Origin: Candidatus Woesearchaeota archaeon
GTDB taxonomy: Archaea; Nanobdellota; Nanobdellia; SCGC-AAA011-G17; PNOQ01
Assembly: GCA_964603065.1 (NCBI GenBank)
Contig: CAZRTL010000004.1
Coordinates: 9,686-73,685 of the forward strand
Length of the DNA stretch: 64,000 nt
Direction: 5' to 3'
The notes below the pieces were generated by a model. It was not told where the DNA came from. It saw nothing but the letters and a program-made list of their open reading frames with translations, and searched no databases. Shown one piece after another: positions 29,714 through 39,591 of this stretch. The translations under genes and the position numbers were made by a program. Position 1 is the stretch's first letter. Each line of letters begins with the position of its first letter.

Positions 29714-29785
29714 ATGTTGTTAAAAAATTTTAGTATTTATAAAACTTAACAAAACTTTTAAAAAAGAGTTTAATTTCATTCTATC

Positions 29786-30349
29786 ATGGTTTTAATAACG
29801 GCTGTTGAAATTATCAAATTGGCAGTGACTGCTATAGTTTTAGGAATAATTTTTATGGGTTTATTTCAGAAGAAACCCAGAACAGTTTATGATATGATGC
29901 ACAAAAAAGTTTTCAAGTGGGAAAACCTTTGGTTTGCTGTTTTGGTAGCTGCTCCTGCTGTTGTTTTTCACGAATTGGCCCATAAATTTGTAGCTATGGG
30001 TTTTGGGTACTCGGCAAGTTTTGAAATTTTTTATTTGGGCCTAGGATTAGGTTTGGTTTTAAGACTTATTAATTCGCCTTTTTTAATTATTGCTCCAGGT
30101 TATGTTACAATTCCACCAGAAGTTGCTATTAATCCTTTAGCCTATAAGATGATTGCTTTTGCTGGACCTTTATTTAATTTGGCCTTATGGGGATTTGCTT
30201 TTTTTATGATAAAAACTAGAAAACATAAAATGAGTCATGGAGCTTTGAGTTTTTGGTTAATGACTAGAAATATTAACTTGATATTATTCATATTCAATAT
30301 GATTCCATTTGGGCCCTTAGATGGAGCTAAGGTTTTCTTTGGACCTTAG
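29786..30349 (+). CDS. small membrane metalloprotease, M50/site-2-protease-like
   Basis: HExxH inside a TM helix (VFHELAHKFV), about 5 TM, C-terminal LDGAKV (S2P-like Asp motif); 187 aa. Confidence 0.5.
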   Translation: MVLITAVEIIKLAVTAIVLGIIFMGLFQKKPRTVYDMMHKKVFKWENLWFAVLVAAPAVVFHELAHKFVAMGFGYSASFEIFYLGLGLGLVLRLINSPFLIIAPGYVTIPPEVAINPLAYKMIAFAGPLFNLALWGFAFFMIKTRKHKMSHGALSFWLMTRNINLILFIFNMIPFGPLDGAKVFFGP

Positions 30350-30839
30350 TTTTTATTTCATTTAGTGCTCTTAGAAGTTCATTATCATCTTCAGGTAGAA
30401 TTACTTTATCTTCAATTATTCCTATTGGAACATATTGTCTCACGGGAATATAAACTATTTCATATTTTTTAAAATCCAATTTTTCCTCTTTTAGAATATT
30501 TGGTTTATAATCTGGTTCGTCGGGAAACATTGCATCTTCAACATGTACAATCAAGGAGTCTTGGAAATGCCCGTAACCGGCCCCTTTGCTTTTTCTAGAA
30601 AATCTCGTCCATGGCCAGTATTGAAAATCATTTATTAATTCTTCTGGAAAATTATGATTTAATATTTTGAAAGCTGTTTCTTTCCCTATATGGGTGCATA
30701 AATATCTTGAGTCAAATAGTTTTTGGGTTTCTCTTAAGAAATCACCGGCATAAGGTCTTACGTAAGTTTCCATTCCCTTCTGAGTAAATAGATTTGAAAA
30801 TAGAGTCTCATCTAAATCTAACATTAAAATTTTATTCAT
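30327..30839 (-). CDS. HAD-superfamily phosphatase, NIF/FCP1-like
   Basis: LMLDLDETLF DxDx(T/V) motif at the N-terminus; 170 aa. Confidence 0.55.
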   Translation of the reverse strand: MNKILMLDLDETLFSNLFTQKGMETYVRPYAGDFLRETQKLFDSRYLCTHIGKETAFKILNHNFPEELINDFQYWPWTRFSRKSKGAGYGHFQDSLIVHVEDAMFPDEPDYKPNILKEEKLDFKKYEIVYIPVRQYVPIGIIEDKVILPEDDNELLRALNEIKTKVQRKP

Positions 30840-30841
30840 TA

Positions 30842-31378
30842 TTATGCAGTTGCTTCTGCAACTGTAGAATGCTCTTCAGGTATTTCTTCTAGAATTGAGA
30901 GTTCTTTTTTTAATTCTCTAATTATTTTTTTATTGTCAATTTCTTTTAGGACTTTTTCACATTCTGGGCATCTGAAACTATTTTCTAAAGCATTATCAAA
31001 TTTTACTCTTAGGCACTTTGTTGAACATGTATAAAATATGCTCGAATCTTCTCTTTCAAGTCTCTTTTTTAAGTTGAAAATACGACTTTCTTTCATTCTT
31101 TTTACTGTTGCCTTAGCTTCTGGATGATTAAATGTCCAGTAATATATGTACCATCCTTTTTTCTTGTCTTTTTTTCTTATAAATGTGATTAAATTATTCT
31201 CTTGAAGTCTATAAAGCATGTTTCTAATAGCATTTATTGGCACTTCTAGGGCTTCAGCAATTAGAAATTCTGATACATTTTCACCTTGAGAAAGAATATA
31301 TCTGACTACATCTACTGTCTCTTCTCCAGTTAATTGAGATACAAGTGTGTTTATTTCTTTTTCTGTCAGATCGGTCAT
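30842..31378 (-). CDS. tfe: transcription factor E (TFE/TFIIE-alpha homolog)
   Basis: N-terminal winged helix plus Zn ribbon CSTKC...CPEC; 178 aa. Confidence 0.8.
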   Translation of the reverse strand: MTDLTEKEINTLVSQLTGEETVDVVRYILSQGENVSEFLIAEALEVPINAIRNMLYRLQENNLITFIRKKDKKKGWYIYYWTFNHPEAKATVKRMKESRIFNLKKRLEREDSSIFYTCSTKCLRVKFDNALENSFRCPECEKVLKEIDNKKIIRELKKELSILEEIPEEHSTVAEATA

Positions 31379-31513
31379 TTTTCACCTTTATTAATTCTGG
31401 TTGTAGTATATTTAAAAATTTTGCCATTTATAAACTTTACTATTTCTTAGTAGTAAAGAAGGTTTATATAATGTTAAAATCAAATTTTAATAACTTTCGG
31501 AGGTGGTATTTAA

Positions 31514-31963
31514 ATGCCATTATTTAAGAAAAAAGAGAAAAATTTTGATTCTGAAGTTCCTGAATTCAAACCATTGCCCCTTGATAAACCAAAAATGGGG
31601 ATGGCTGATACGCCTAAATTACCTAATTATGATAATGAATTTGGGACCATTAAGAAAGAAGTTGGTATGCCAAAACCTATGCCTATGCCAAAAGTAAGCA
31701 TTCCTGAAAGGAGAAAACCTGAAACTGTTGGAAGTCCTTCTATGTCAGGAGATAAACCAATTTTTGTTAAAATAGATAATTATAGGGATGCTATGGAAAA
31801 TATAACAACTATTAAGGAATTATGTAATGAGGCCGATAGTTTGTTAGATAGTATCCATAAAATTAGAAATGAAGAAGACAGAGAATTGGAAAAATGGCAC
31901 AGAGATTTAGATAAGGTTAAAGATAGACTTTTGAATGTAGATAAAAAACTGTTTGAAATGTGA
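31514..31963 (+). CDS. hypothetical protein (Pro/Lys-rich N-terminus, coiled-coil C-terminus)
   Basis: 149 aa ORF. Confidence 0.35.
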   Translation: MPLFKKKEKNFDSEVPEFKPLPLDKPKMGMADTPKLPNYDNEFGTIKKEVGMPKPMPMPKVSIPERRKPETVGSPSMSGDKPIFVKIDNYRDAMENITTIKELCNEADSLLDSIHKIRNEEDRELEKWHRDLDKVKDRLLNVDKKLFEM

Positions 31964-31969
31964 TATTAA

Positions 31970-32374
31970 ATGGCTAAAAAGCGGGCTAAAAAAACAACTA
32001 GAACTCATCACAAAAAAGAGGATGATAGTGTTACTTATGTGAAAGTAGATTCTCCTCACCCTTTGAGAAAAGATGTTCTAGAAACTGCTATTGAATCTGC
32101 TGAGCTATTAAAAAAATGGGAAAGTTACCATAAATTAAAAGAGGAAAAAGCAGAGATTTATAAAAAATTAGTTGGTGTTATGAAGAAAATTGATAAAGAA
32201 ATTACTTCTTTGAAAAGACATATCCCAAAGATGGATGAAGTAGATGTAAAAGAAGAAAAACCAATTAAAGTTAAAGAATCTATAGAAAGTCCAGTAGTTA
32301 AAAAAAGCCATGAGTCGGAATTAGATCGAGAAATTGATGAAATTCATTCTAGATTAAACAAATTAAAAATATAA
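31970..32374 (+). CDS. hypothetical charged coiled-coil protein
   Basis: 134 aa ORF immediately after the previous one. Confidence 0.35.
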   Translation: MAKKRAKKTTRTHHKKEDDSVTYVKVDSPHPLRKDVLETAIESAELLKKWESYHKLKEEKAEIYKKLVGVMKKIDKEITSLKRHIPKMDEVDVKEEKPIKVKESIESPVVKKSHESELDREIDEIHSRLNKLKI

Positions 32375-32386
32375 TTATTTTTTCTT

Positions 32387-32650
32387 TTATTCTCTAAAAG
32401 ATAATATTTGGAATCCGAAATTAGATATATCCTTATCTGATCCAACTTCTAGTTCTTTTGTGTTTAATACGTTAGAAATTTCCTTTTCTACTATTCTTCC
32501 AGTATAATCCTCTTTTTCAGGGTCCCATTCCCTTAATATTAGTAAATCTCCTGGTTTAGCTTCAAAATCTGCTAATCTTACATCTGATTTTTTAGTCCCG
32601 CTCACTACTTGTTCAAATCGTTCTGGCCAAAGCTTTTTTTCGATTTTCAT
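32387..32650 (-). CDS. ASCH/PUA-like small protein (DUF3850-like)
   Basis: KIEKKLWPERFEQVVSGTKKSDVRLADFEAKPGDLLILREWD fits the DUF3850 pattern; 87 aa. Confidence 0.5.
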   Translation of the reverse strand: MKIEKKLWPERFEQVVSGTKKSDVRLADFEAKPGDLLILREWDPEKEDYTGRIVEKEISNVLNTKELEVGSDKDISNFGFQILSFRE

Positions 32651-32760
32651 AAAGTTATTTTGATTTTTGAGTTTATATGAATTTTGTAGGTTAATTCTAT
32701 AAGTTTGATTAGTTATATTATAGGCAAAAATTTTTAAATTGGAGATCTTTTTATATCTGT

Positions 32761-34482
32761 ATGGATTTAAAGAAGAAATATATAGAATTTTTTAAAAGTA
32801 AAGATCATAAGGAGATCAGAAATAGTTCTTTGGTTCCAGAAAATGATCCTACTGTTTTATTCACTACGGCTGGAATGCATCCTTTAGTTCCTTTTTTGCT
32901 TGGAGAAAAACATCCCTCTGGAAAAAAATTGGTTAATATTCAGAGATGTTTGAGAACTGGGGATATAGAAGAAGTGGGGGATGATACTCATTTAACGTTT
33001 TTTGAAATGTTGGGAAATTGGTCTTTGGGAGATTACGAGCGGGAAGATGCAATTAAGTTTACTTATGAGTTTTTTACAAAAGAATTAGGTTTAGATAAAG
33101 ATAAATTAGCTATTTCTGTTTTTAAAGGAGATAAAGATGTTCTTAAAGATGAAGAAAGTTATAATGTTTGGTTAGATTTGGGAGTTCCTAAGGAAAGAAT
33201 TGTTTTTTTAAATAGAAAAGAGAATTTTTGGGAACCTGCTGGGAAAACTGGCCCGTGTGGTCCCGATACAGAAATGTTCTATTATGTTGGTAGAAAGGCG
33301 CCTAAGAAATTTGATGTTAAGGATGAAAAATGGGTTGAAATTGGAAATGATGTTTTTATTGAGTATAACAAAGATGAAAAAGGCAAGTATAAAGAGTTAA
33401 AACAAAAGAATGTTGATTTCGGTGGAGGATATGAGAGATTATATTATATTCTAGAAGGTAAGAAAAATGTTTACGAATGTAGTTTATTTTTTCCAATTAT
33501 TGAAAAAATCAAAGAGTTATCTAAAAATAAAGATGAAAAAGCTTTAAGAAAAGTTGCTGACCATTTAAGAGCTTCAGTTTTTTTATTGATGGACGGTATT
33601 GTTCCTGCAAATGTTGATCAAGGTTATGTTTTGAGAAGGTTAATTAGAACTAGTGTTAGATATGGAAGAATTCTAGGAATAAATGATAATTTTTGTAAGG
33701 AGATTGGGAAGGTTGTTATTGATATTAATAAGAAAGGTTATCCTTTGTTAAAAGATAAGAAAGATTTGATTTTGGAAGAGTTAGATAAGGAAGAAACTAA
33801 ATTTAAACAAACTTTGGAAAAAGGTCTTAGAAGATTTGAAAAATTTAGTAAAGATAAAAAATTGAATGGAAAGGAATCCTTTTTGTTGTTCCAATCATTT
33901 GGATTTCCCATAGAAATGACTTTAGAATTAGCCAAAGAGAAAAAAGTTAAGGTTGATGTTAAAGGTTATAATGAAGAATTAAAGAGGCATCAAGAACTAA
34001 GTAGAACTGCTACAAAAGGTAAATTTGGAAGTGGTTTGGCAGATACTTCTACTGAAACAACTAAATTACACACTGCTTGTCATTTGTTACATTCTGCTTT
34101 GCAGGAAGTTCTAGGAGAAAAGGTGGAGCAAAGAGGTTCTAATATTAATGCCGAAAGATTAAGATTTGATTTTAGTTTTGATAGAAGATTAGAAGATGAT
34201 GAGTTGAAAAGAGTTGAAGATTTAGTTAATAAAAAAATAAAAGAAAGTATTGATATTGTAAAAAATGAAATGAGTGTTCAGGAAGCAAAAAAGAGGGGTG
34301 CCGAAGGTGCCTTTGAGCATAAGTATGGCGAGAAAGTTTTTGTTTATTTTGTTGGGAACTTTTCAAAAGAAATTTGTTCTGGTCCTCATGTTAAAAATAC
34401 TAAAGAGTTAGGTAAATTTAAAATTATTCAGCAAAAATCTGTTGGTTCTGGAGTTAGAAGAATAAAAGCCATTTTAGAATAA
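32761..34482 (+). CDS. alaS: alanyl-tRNA synthetase, short form (catalytic + editing, no C-Ala domain)
   Basis: N-terminal AlaRS catalytic signature (FTTAGMHP, RCLRTGDIE, GNWSFGDY-like), editing HxxxH (HTACHLLH) and CxxxH (CSGPH), ends GVRRIKA; only 573 aa. Confidence 0.85.
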   Translation: MDLKKKYIEFFKSKDHKEIRNSSLVPENDPTVLFTTAGMHPLVPFLLGEKHPSGKKLVNIQRCLRTGDIEEVGDDTHLTFFEMLGNWSLGDYEREDAIKFTYEFFTKELGLDKDKLAISVFKGDKDVLKDEESYNVWLDLGVPKERIVFLNRKENFWEPAGKTGPCGPDTEMFYYVGRKAPKKFDVKDEKWVEIGNDVFIEYNKDEKGKYKELKQKNVDFGGGYERLYYILEGKKNVYECSLFFPIIEKIKELSKNKDEKALRKVADHLRASVFLLMDGIVPANVDQGYVLRRLIRTSVRYGRILGINDNFCKEIGKVVIDINKKGYPLLKDKKDLILEELDKEETKFKQTLEKGLRRFEKFSKDKKLNGKESFLLFQSFGFPIEMTLELAKEKKVKVDVKGYNEELKRHQELSRTATKGKFGSGLADTSTETTKLHTACHLLHSALQEVLGEKVEQRGSNINAERLRFDFSFDRRLEDDELKRVEDLVNKKIKESIDIVKNEMSVQEAKKRGAEGAFEHKYGEKVFVYFVGNFSKEICSGPHVKNTKELGKFKIIQQKSVGSGVRRIKAILE

Positions 34483-34493
34483 GAAAAAAAAGA

Positions 34494-35516
34494 TTATTTC
34501 CAAAACATAAGATTGGAAATAACTCTTTCTAAAAAGTTTTTAAACTTTGTGTTGGTTGGTTCTCTTACAAAATCTCCTGTTAGATCTTCTAAAGAATCAC
34601 TATTATATTCTACTCCGGCAGCAGTTGCTTCTTGCATAAGTGCTTTTCCTGCAAAAATTCCAAAATTGTTTGTCATTACAGAGTCTGATGCTGCTTCATA
34701 ATCTGGAGCGGTTCTTGTTTCATGCATATATTCTACTGGGATTGCTCTTTCCTCATAGTACTCTCGAACATTCCTTCTTTCATAGAATAAATTTATATGA
34801 GACCCACCGGTTTTTCTCGCAATCGTTTTCCACTGGTTCATTCCCTCTTGGTTCATTCCAGATCCTGATGCTGTATAGATTCTAATGTTTTTATCTTGTG
34901 CATCATCTATAGCATCTTTCCAATTATACTTATGATAATTTGGTTCTGGCTCATTCCCATAATAATTTTGATTTGGATAATTTCTTGCTGGAGCATCTCC
35001 AACTAAAATTATTATTTTATGAGCTGAACTTCTCCAGTTCATATGATTAATTGCTTCATCTAGGCCAGCTTCAACAGCTTCTTCATAATCTCCTCCACCA
35101 TAAGATTCGATACTTTTAATAAATTTAACCGCATCTTTTGTGTTTCTTGTTAGAGGTGTTTCTCTAGTTAGATAGCTGTGTTCATATGGTTCGTAATCTC
35201 TATAGGTGACTACTCCCACTCTTACGTCAGGTCTAGGGTAACCAGAGTTTACTTTTCCTACTATGTTTCTTAATTCTTCTTTTACTGTTCTTATTTCGTC
35301 ATGCATAGATCCTGTTGAATCTATTACAAAAACTATATCTAATTGTATTTGTTCCGATGGAACATAGTTTGGCCCCACTTCTGAACAAGATATTTCAGTT
35401 GTGGATTGCATAAATTCACATGGCAGGTCGTAATCTCTTTGTCTCTCATCGTATGCCAGTGTGAATGTTGAAAGTAATATCAATCCAACGAAAATCATGC
35501 TTAATATTTTTTTCAT
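34494..35516 (-). CDS. secreted von Willebrand factor A (vWA) domain protein
   Basis: Signal peptide; MIDAS DxSxS (DIVFVIDSTGSM); 340 aa. Confidence 0.75.
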   Translation of the reverse strand: MKKILSMIFVGLILLSTFTLAYDERQRDYDLPCEFMQSTTEISCSEVGPNYVPSEQIQLDIVFVIDSTGSMHDEIRTVKEELRNIVGKVNSGYPRPDVRVGVVTYRDYEPYEHSYLTRETPLTRNTKDAVKFIKSIESYGGGDYEEAVEAGLDEAINHMNWRSSAHKIIILVGDAPARNYPNQNYYGNEPEPNYHKYNWKDAIDDAQDKNIRIYTASGSGMNQEGMNQWKTIARKTGGSHINLFYERRNVREYYEERAIPVEYMHETRTAPDYEAASDSVMTNNFGIFAGKALMQEATAAGVEYNSDSLEDLTGDFVREPTNTKFKNFLERVISNLMFWK

Positions 35517-35612
35517 TTTATTTGAACCTCCTTAAAGTTCTAAGAACTAGTAAGATAGAATTATATTTAAACGTCGTTTAGGCTTTAAGTTGATTTGAAG
35601 TAAAAGTAGAAA

Positions 35613-36209
35613 TTATTTTTTTCTTAGAAGTGACAATAATAAAAGTATCAGAATTACAAATAAAGAACCCATTAGGAAAACTAGAGCATAGTTTGGATCT
35701 ACAGCTTGGGTTGCTACTTCTACTGCCAAATCTGTAGCTTGATCTTTTCCGGGGAGAGCTTTACCTGCTACTTCTGTTTGTGCCTCAGATAGGGAGCTTA
35801 CAGTTTTTGTAGCGAATGTTCTAGTATTCTGCCATAAGTAAATTATGCCGGATCCAACTAAACTTAACAGAGTAACTGGAAGAAGATTTTTTAATTTTGA
35901 TAAGTTATTTTCAGAAGAATCCGGTGCGATTATAATATATTTTTTTGCTAGTTTGTACACTAACATTTCTTTTCCTTTTTTACTCCAGAAAAATTCTTTT
36001 GCTTCTATTAATTTAGCTTTTTTTAATTGCTGAATATTATAATGTATTGTTGGAAGAGGCACTTTTAGTTCTTTTGCTATGTCTGATTCTGTAGATTCTT
36101 TATGTTCTGCTAGATATGAGATTATTTTTTGAGCAGTTTTGTTTGACATGGCATCTGCTACTGCTTTTGAATCTTTCATTGAGAGTAGCATAAATGTTTC
36201 GTCTTTCAT
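35613..36209 (-). CDS. ArsR-type wHTH regulator with C-terminal membrane anchor
   Basis: HTH LPTIHYNIQQLKKAKLIE; C-terminal TM LVFLMGSLFVILILLLLSLL; 198 aa. Confidence 0.55.
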   Translation of the reverse strand: MKDETFMLLSMKDSKAVADAMSNKTAQKIISYLAEHKESTESDIAKELKVPLPTIHYNIQQLKKAKLIEAKEFFWSKKGKEMLVYKLAKKYIIIAPDSSENNLSKLKNLLPVTLLSLVGSGIIYLWQNTRTFATKTVSSLSEAQTEVAGKALPGKDQATDLAVEVATQAVDPNYALVFLMGSLFVILILLLLSLLRKK

Positions 36210-36269
36210 TTTATTTTAAAGGTAGAAGTTAATTTATAAAGGTTATTTTGGGTTTGAATCTGATTGAAG

Positions 36270-38876
36270 CTATTCTATTTGTATCCCTGGTTTTAATGGC
36301 ATAGCTTTTGGATTGTTTTTTTCTATTTCAATTGGAATTCCCAGTTCTTCAGTAATTAAATCTTTATTTTTCATCAAAGTTTCAATCTCTGTTTTTTGAT
36401 CTAACAATACTTTTGGAATTTTTGATTCATTTTTTAATAAAGAAGGAACTATTTTAGAAATATCTTTAGCGTGTTTTTTATCCATGACTTTGTCCATTAT
36501 CTTTTTCAAGTCGTGAGTTTTTTCCATTTCTTTTTTCAAATTTTTAATTAGATTATACTTCCATTCTTCAGCTACTGAAACTGTAGCTTTTTTAGGTTCT
36601 ATCTTAATAAAATCAAAAATTCTTTTTATATCTCTTATTGTATTTTCAATTAGATCTTGTTGTGCGTCAATTTCTGGGTCTATTTTAGATTCCTCAAAAG
36701 TTGGCCATTCTTGTAACATTACAAATTCTTTATTTCCTAATTTAAACCATAACTCTTCTGCTAAGTGGGGCATAAAAGGACTAATTAACTTAGACAAAAC
36801 TTCTATTGATTCTTTTGTTATTTCATTCTTTGATAAAAAGTTAATATATTCTGATAATAATATTGTTGACATGTTGAATTGCATATTTTCAATTGTTTCA
36901 GTAATTTCTTTGGTTGTTTTATTTTGAATGTTATCTAATTCTGGATAAGATTTTTTTATGAATTGTTTTTCGGTTAAAGGCAAAATTTTATTTGTTAATC
37001 TAAATGCTCCTTCAATTCCTTTGTCTGTCCAGTCTTTATCCTTATCTGGAGCCGATAATGAATATAGAAAAAACCTTGCTGTATCTATCCCGTATTTTTC
37101 TGCTATTGGTTCTTGATTTACAATGTTTCCTAGAGATTTTGACATTTTGTGTCCATCTCTATTTAACATTCCTTGATTGAATAATTTTTGAGCTGGCTCG
37201 TCAAAACTTAATAACTTTAAATCTCTTAGAACTTTTGTTATGAACCTACAATAGATTAAGTGAAGTGTTGCGTGTTCTTTTCCCCCTATGTATAAATCTA
37301 TTGGCATCCAGCGATTTACTTTTTCCTTTGAGAACATTTCATCGAAATTATGGGAGTCTATAAATCTTAGGAAGTACCATGAAGAGTCCATAAATGTGTC
37401 CATTGTATCTGTTTCTCTTTTTGCTTTTGCACCACACTTTGAACATAAAGCATTTTTATATTCTTCAGATGTTTCTAGAGGGTTTCCTCCTTTTGTGAAA
37501 GTTACGTCTTCTGGTAATTTTACAGGCAGGTTCTCTTCTTTCTCTGGAACCAGACCACAGGATTCACAATTTAACATTGGGATAGGTGTTCCCCAGTATC
37601 TTTGTCTTGATAATAACCAGTCTCTTAATCTATATTGAATTGTTTTTTTACCTAATTTTTGTTCTTCTAGATATTTTGTTATTTTTTTTATTGCGTCTCT
37701 GTTTTTTAAATCGTTAAAATCATTTGAATTAATTAGGATTCCATCTTCTATGTATGCCTTTTCTAAAAGTTCAGGTAATTCTTTATCTTTAGGTTTAATT
37801 ACAGTTTTGATATCTATATCGAATTTTTTTGCGAATTCGAAATCTCTTTGATCATGAGCTGGTACGGCCATTACTGCTCCGCCACCATAATCTGCAACTA
37901 CGAAGTTTCCTATATAGATTGGAACCTCTTCTTTTGTTAATGGATTAATTGCATATTTTCCGATAAACATTCCTTCTTTTTCTACGCTTTCAGAAATTCT
38001 TTCAAATTTGTCTTGAGTTGATACTTTTTTTATGAATTTTTTTGTTTCTTCTTCATATTTAGTTCCTTTAATTAACTCTAAAACTTTTGGATGTTCAGGG
38101 GCAAATACCATAAAAGTAACCCCATGAATTGTATCTGCTCTTGTTGTAAATATTGGAATCTCTTCGTTTGTATCTTTAAATTTGAAATTTATTGTTGTAC
38201 CTTCAGATTCTCCTATCCAGGTTTTTTGCATCTGTTTGATGTTTTCTGGCCAATCTAATTTTTCTAAATCTTTTAGTAATTCTTTTGTGTAAGCCGTGGT
38301 TTTGAAGAACCACTGGTTTAGTTCTTTTAGTATAACCTCTGTTTTACTGTGTCTCCAACAACAACCATTTACAACCTGTTCATTTGCTAATACAGTGTTA
38401 CACTCTGAACACCAATTTACTGGGGCCGTTTTTTTGTAGGCCAATCCTTTTTCAAACATTTTTAGGAAAAGCCATTGATTCCATTTGTAATATTCTGGAT
38501 CATGAGAGTAAATCATTCTGGACCAATCATAACTTATTCCTAATTCCTTAAGTTGTCTAATATAATTTGTTATTGCTTTATCTGTGTAAATTTTTGGGTG
38601 AGTATTGTCTTTCATTGCCGCATTTTCTGCCGGCAATCCAAAAGAATCAAATCCTGATGGATGTAAGACATTAAAACCTTTCATTTTTTTATATCTAGCT
38701 ATTACATCCGTAATTGTGTAGTTTACAGCATGGCCCATATGGAGGCCATAAGCCGATGGATAAGAATACATCCCTAGGCAATAAAATTTTGGCTTCTTTG
38801 AAGTTTCTTCTGTTAAGAAGATTTCTGATTTTTCCCAGGCCAATTGCCACTTTTTCTCAATCTTATGGTAATTCAT
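36270..38876 (-). CDS. leuS: leucyl-tRNA synthetase, archaeal type
   Basis: HMGH (HIGH variant), KMSKS, CP1 editing insertion; 868 aa. Confidence 0.9.
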   Translation of the reverse strand: MNYHKIEKKWQLAWEKSEIFLTEETSKKPKFYCLGMYSYPSAYGLHMGHAVNYTITDVIARYKKMKGFNVLHPSGFDSFGLPAENAAMKDNTHPKIYTDKAITNYIRQLKELGISYDWSRMIYSHDPEYYKWNQWLFLKMFEKGLAYKKTAPVNWCSECNTVLANEQVVNGCCWRHSKTEVILKELNQWFFKTTAYTKELLKDLEKLDWPENIKQMQKTWIGESEGTTINFKFKDTNEEIPIFTTRADTIHGVTFMVFAPEHPKVLELIKGTKYEEETKKFIKKVSTQDKFERISESVEKEGMFIGKYAINPLTKEEVPIYIGNFVVADYGGGAVMAVPAHDQRDFEFAKKFDIDIKTVIKPKDKELPELLEKAYIEDGILINSNDFNDLKNRDAIKKITKYLEEQKLGKKTIQYRLRDWLLSRQRYWGTPIPMLNCESCGLVPEKEENLPVKLPEDVTFTKGGNPLETSEEYKNALCSKCGAKAKRETDTMDTFMDSSWYFLRFIDSHNFDEMFSKEKVNRWMPIDLYIGGKEHATLHLIYCRFITKVLRDLKLLSFDEPAQKLFNQGMLNRDGHKMSKSLGNIVNQEPIAEKYGIDTARFFLYSLSAPDKDKDWTDKGIEGAFRLTNKILPLTEKQFIKKSYPELDNIQNKTTKEITETIENMQFNMSTILLSEYINFLSKNEITKESIEVLSKLISPFMPHLAEELWFKLGNKEFVMLQEWPTFEESKIDPEIDAQQDLIENTIRDIKRIFDFIKIEPKKATVSVAEEWKYNLIKNLKKEMEKTHDLKKIMDKVMDKKHAKDISKIVPSLLKNESKIPKVLLDQKTEIETLMKNKDLITEELGIPIEIEKNNPKAMPLKPGIQIE

Positions 38877-38911
38877 AGAGGTTTGGTAATTTAGAGAATT
38901 TAAATAAGTTT

Positions 38912-39130
38912 TTATTTAACTCTTAAATTGCGAGCTTTTTCGGATAGGCGGAATATACCCTCTTGTTGCTCTTTCACTTTTTTTGCGTTTTCCAATCCCT
39001 GCCTTATTAGTTCTTCTAAATCATTTTTTGTTAATGGTTTTTGTGGAACTTCTTTAGGTTTGTAACTTTCTAAATTTTTAGATTTATAAATTCCTATGTA
39101 ATTTAAAGCTCTTTTAATGTAATCTATCAT
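38912..39130 (-). CDS. hypothetical small protein
   Basis: 72 aa ORF, 4-bp overlap with the upstream ORF. Confidence 0.3.
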   Translation of the reverse strand: MIDYIKRALNYIGIYKSKNLESYKPKEVPQKPLTKNDLEELIRQGLENAKKVKEQQEGIFRLSEKARNLRVK

Positions 39131-39447
39131 TTGTATCTCCTTTTGTATTCTTCTGGGGGTATTTGGAATAACGGCTCATATTCTTCACGAACTTTTTTGG
39201 CTATTTCTTCTCCTTCCTCCAATAAATATCTTAAACCTAATATTCTATCGTCTAATCCTTCTAAATCTTGACGTCTTGTAAAATCAGATAAAAACTTATC
39301 CAGAGTTAATTTGAGTGTCTTTCTGAATCTTCTTTTATCATCATAGAGAACTTTTAATTTTACGGATTTTTCATCTATAAAAGTGACTTCGTAAAAACCG
39401 CCTTTGTGATGTTTGTATATACCTAGCTCTATTTTATCTTTAAACAT
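39127..39447 (-). CDS. hypothetical protein
   Basis: 106 aa ORF. Confidence 0.3.
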   Translation of the reverse strand: MFKDKIELGIYKHHKGGFYEVTFIDEKSVKLKVLYDDKRRFRKTLKLTLDKFLSDFTRRQDLEGLDDRILGLRYLLEEGEEIAKKVREEYEPLFQIPPEEYKRRYK

Positions 39448-39530
39448 AAAAGGAATACAAGTTATTAATTTAAATAGATTTTGGTTTAAAAGAAAGAAAA
39501 AGAATTATTTTCAAGGAGTAAATTAGTTGT

Positions 39531-39571
39531 ATCTTGTCAGCTTGCCACGCACGCAGGTAGAGTTTATAAAT
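39531..39571 (+). promoter_or_regulatory. conserved upstream motif + TATA box, copy 4
   Basis: ATCTTGTCAGCTTGCCACGCACGCAGGTAGAGTTTATAAAT; ATG at 39592. Confidence 0.5.
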
Positions 39572-39591
39572 AAAAAACTATATTTTAAGGT

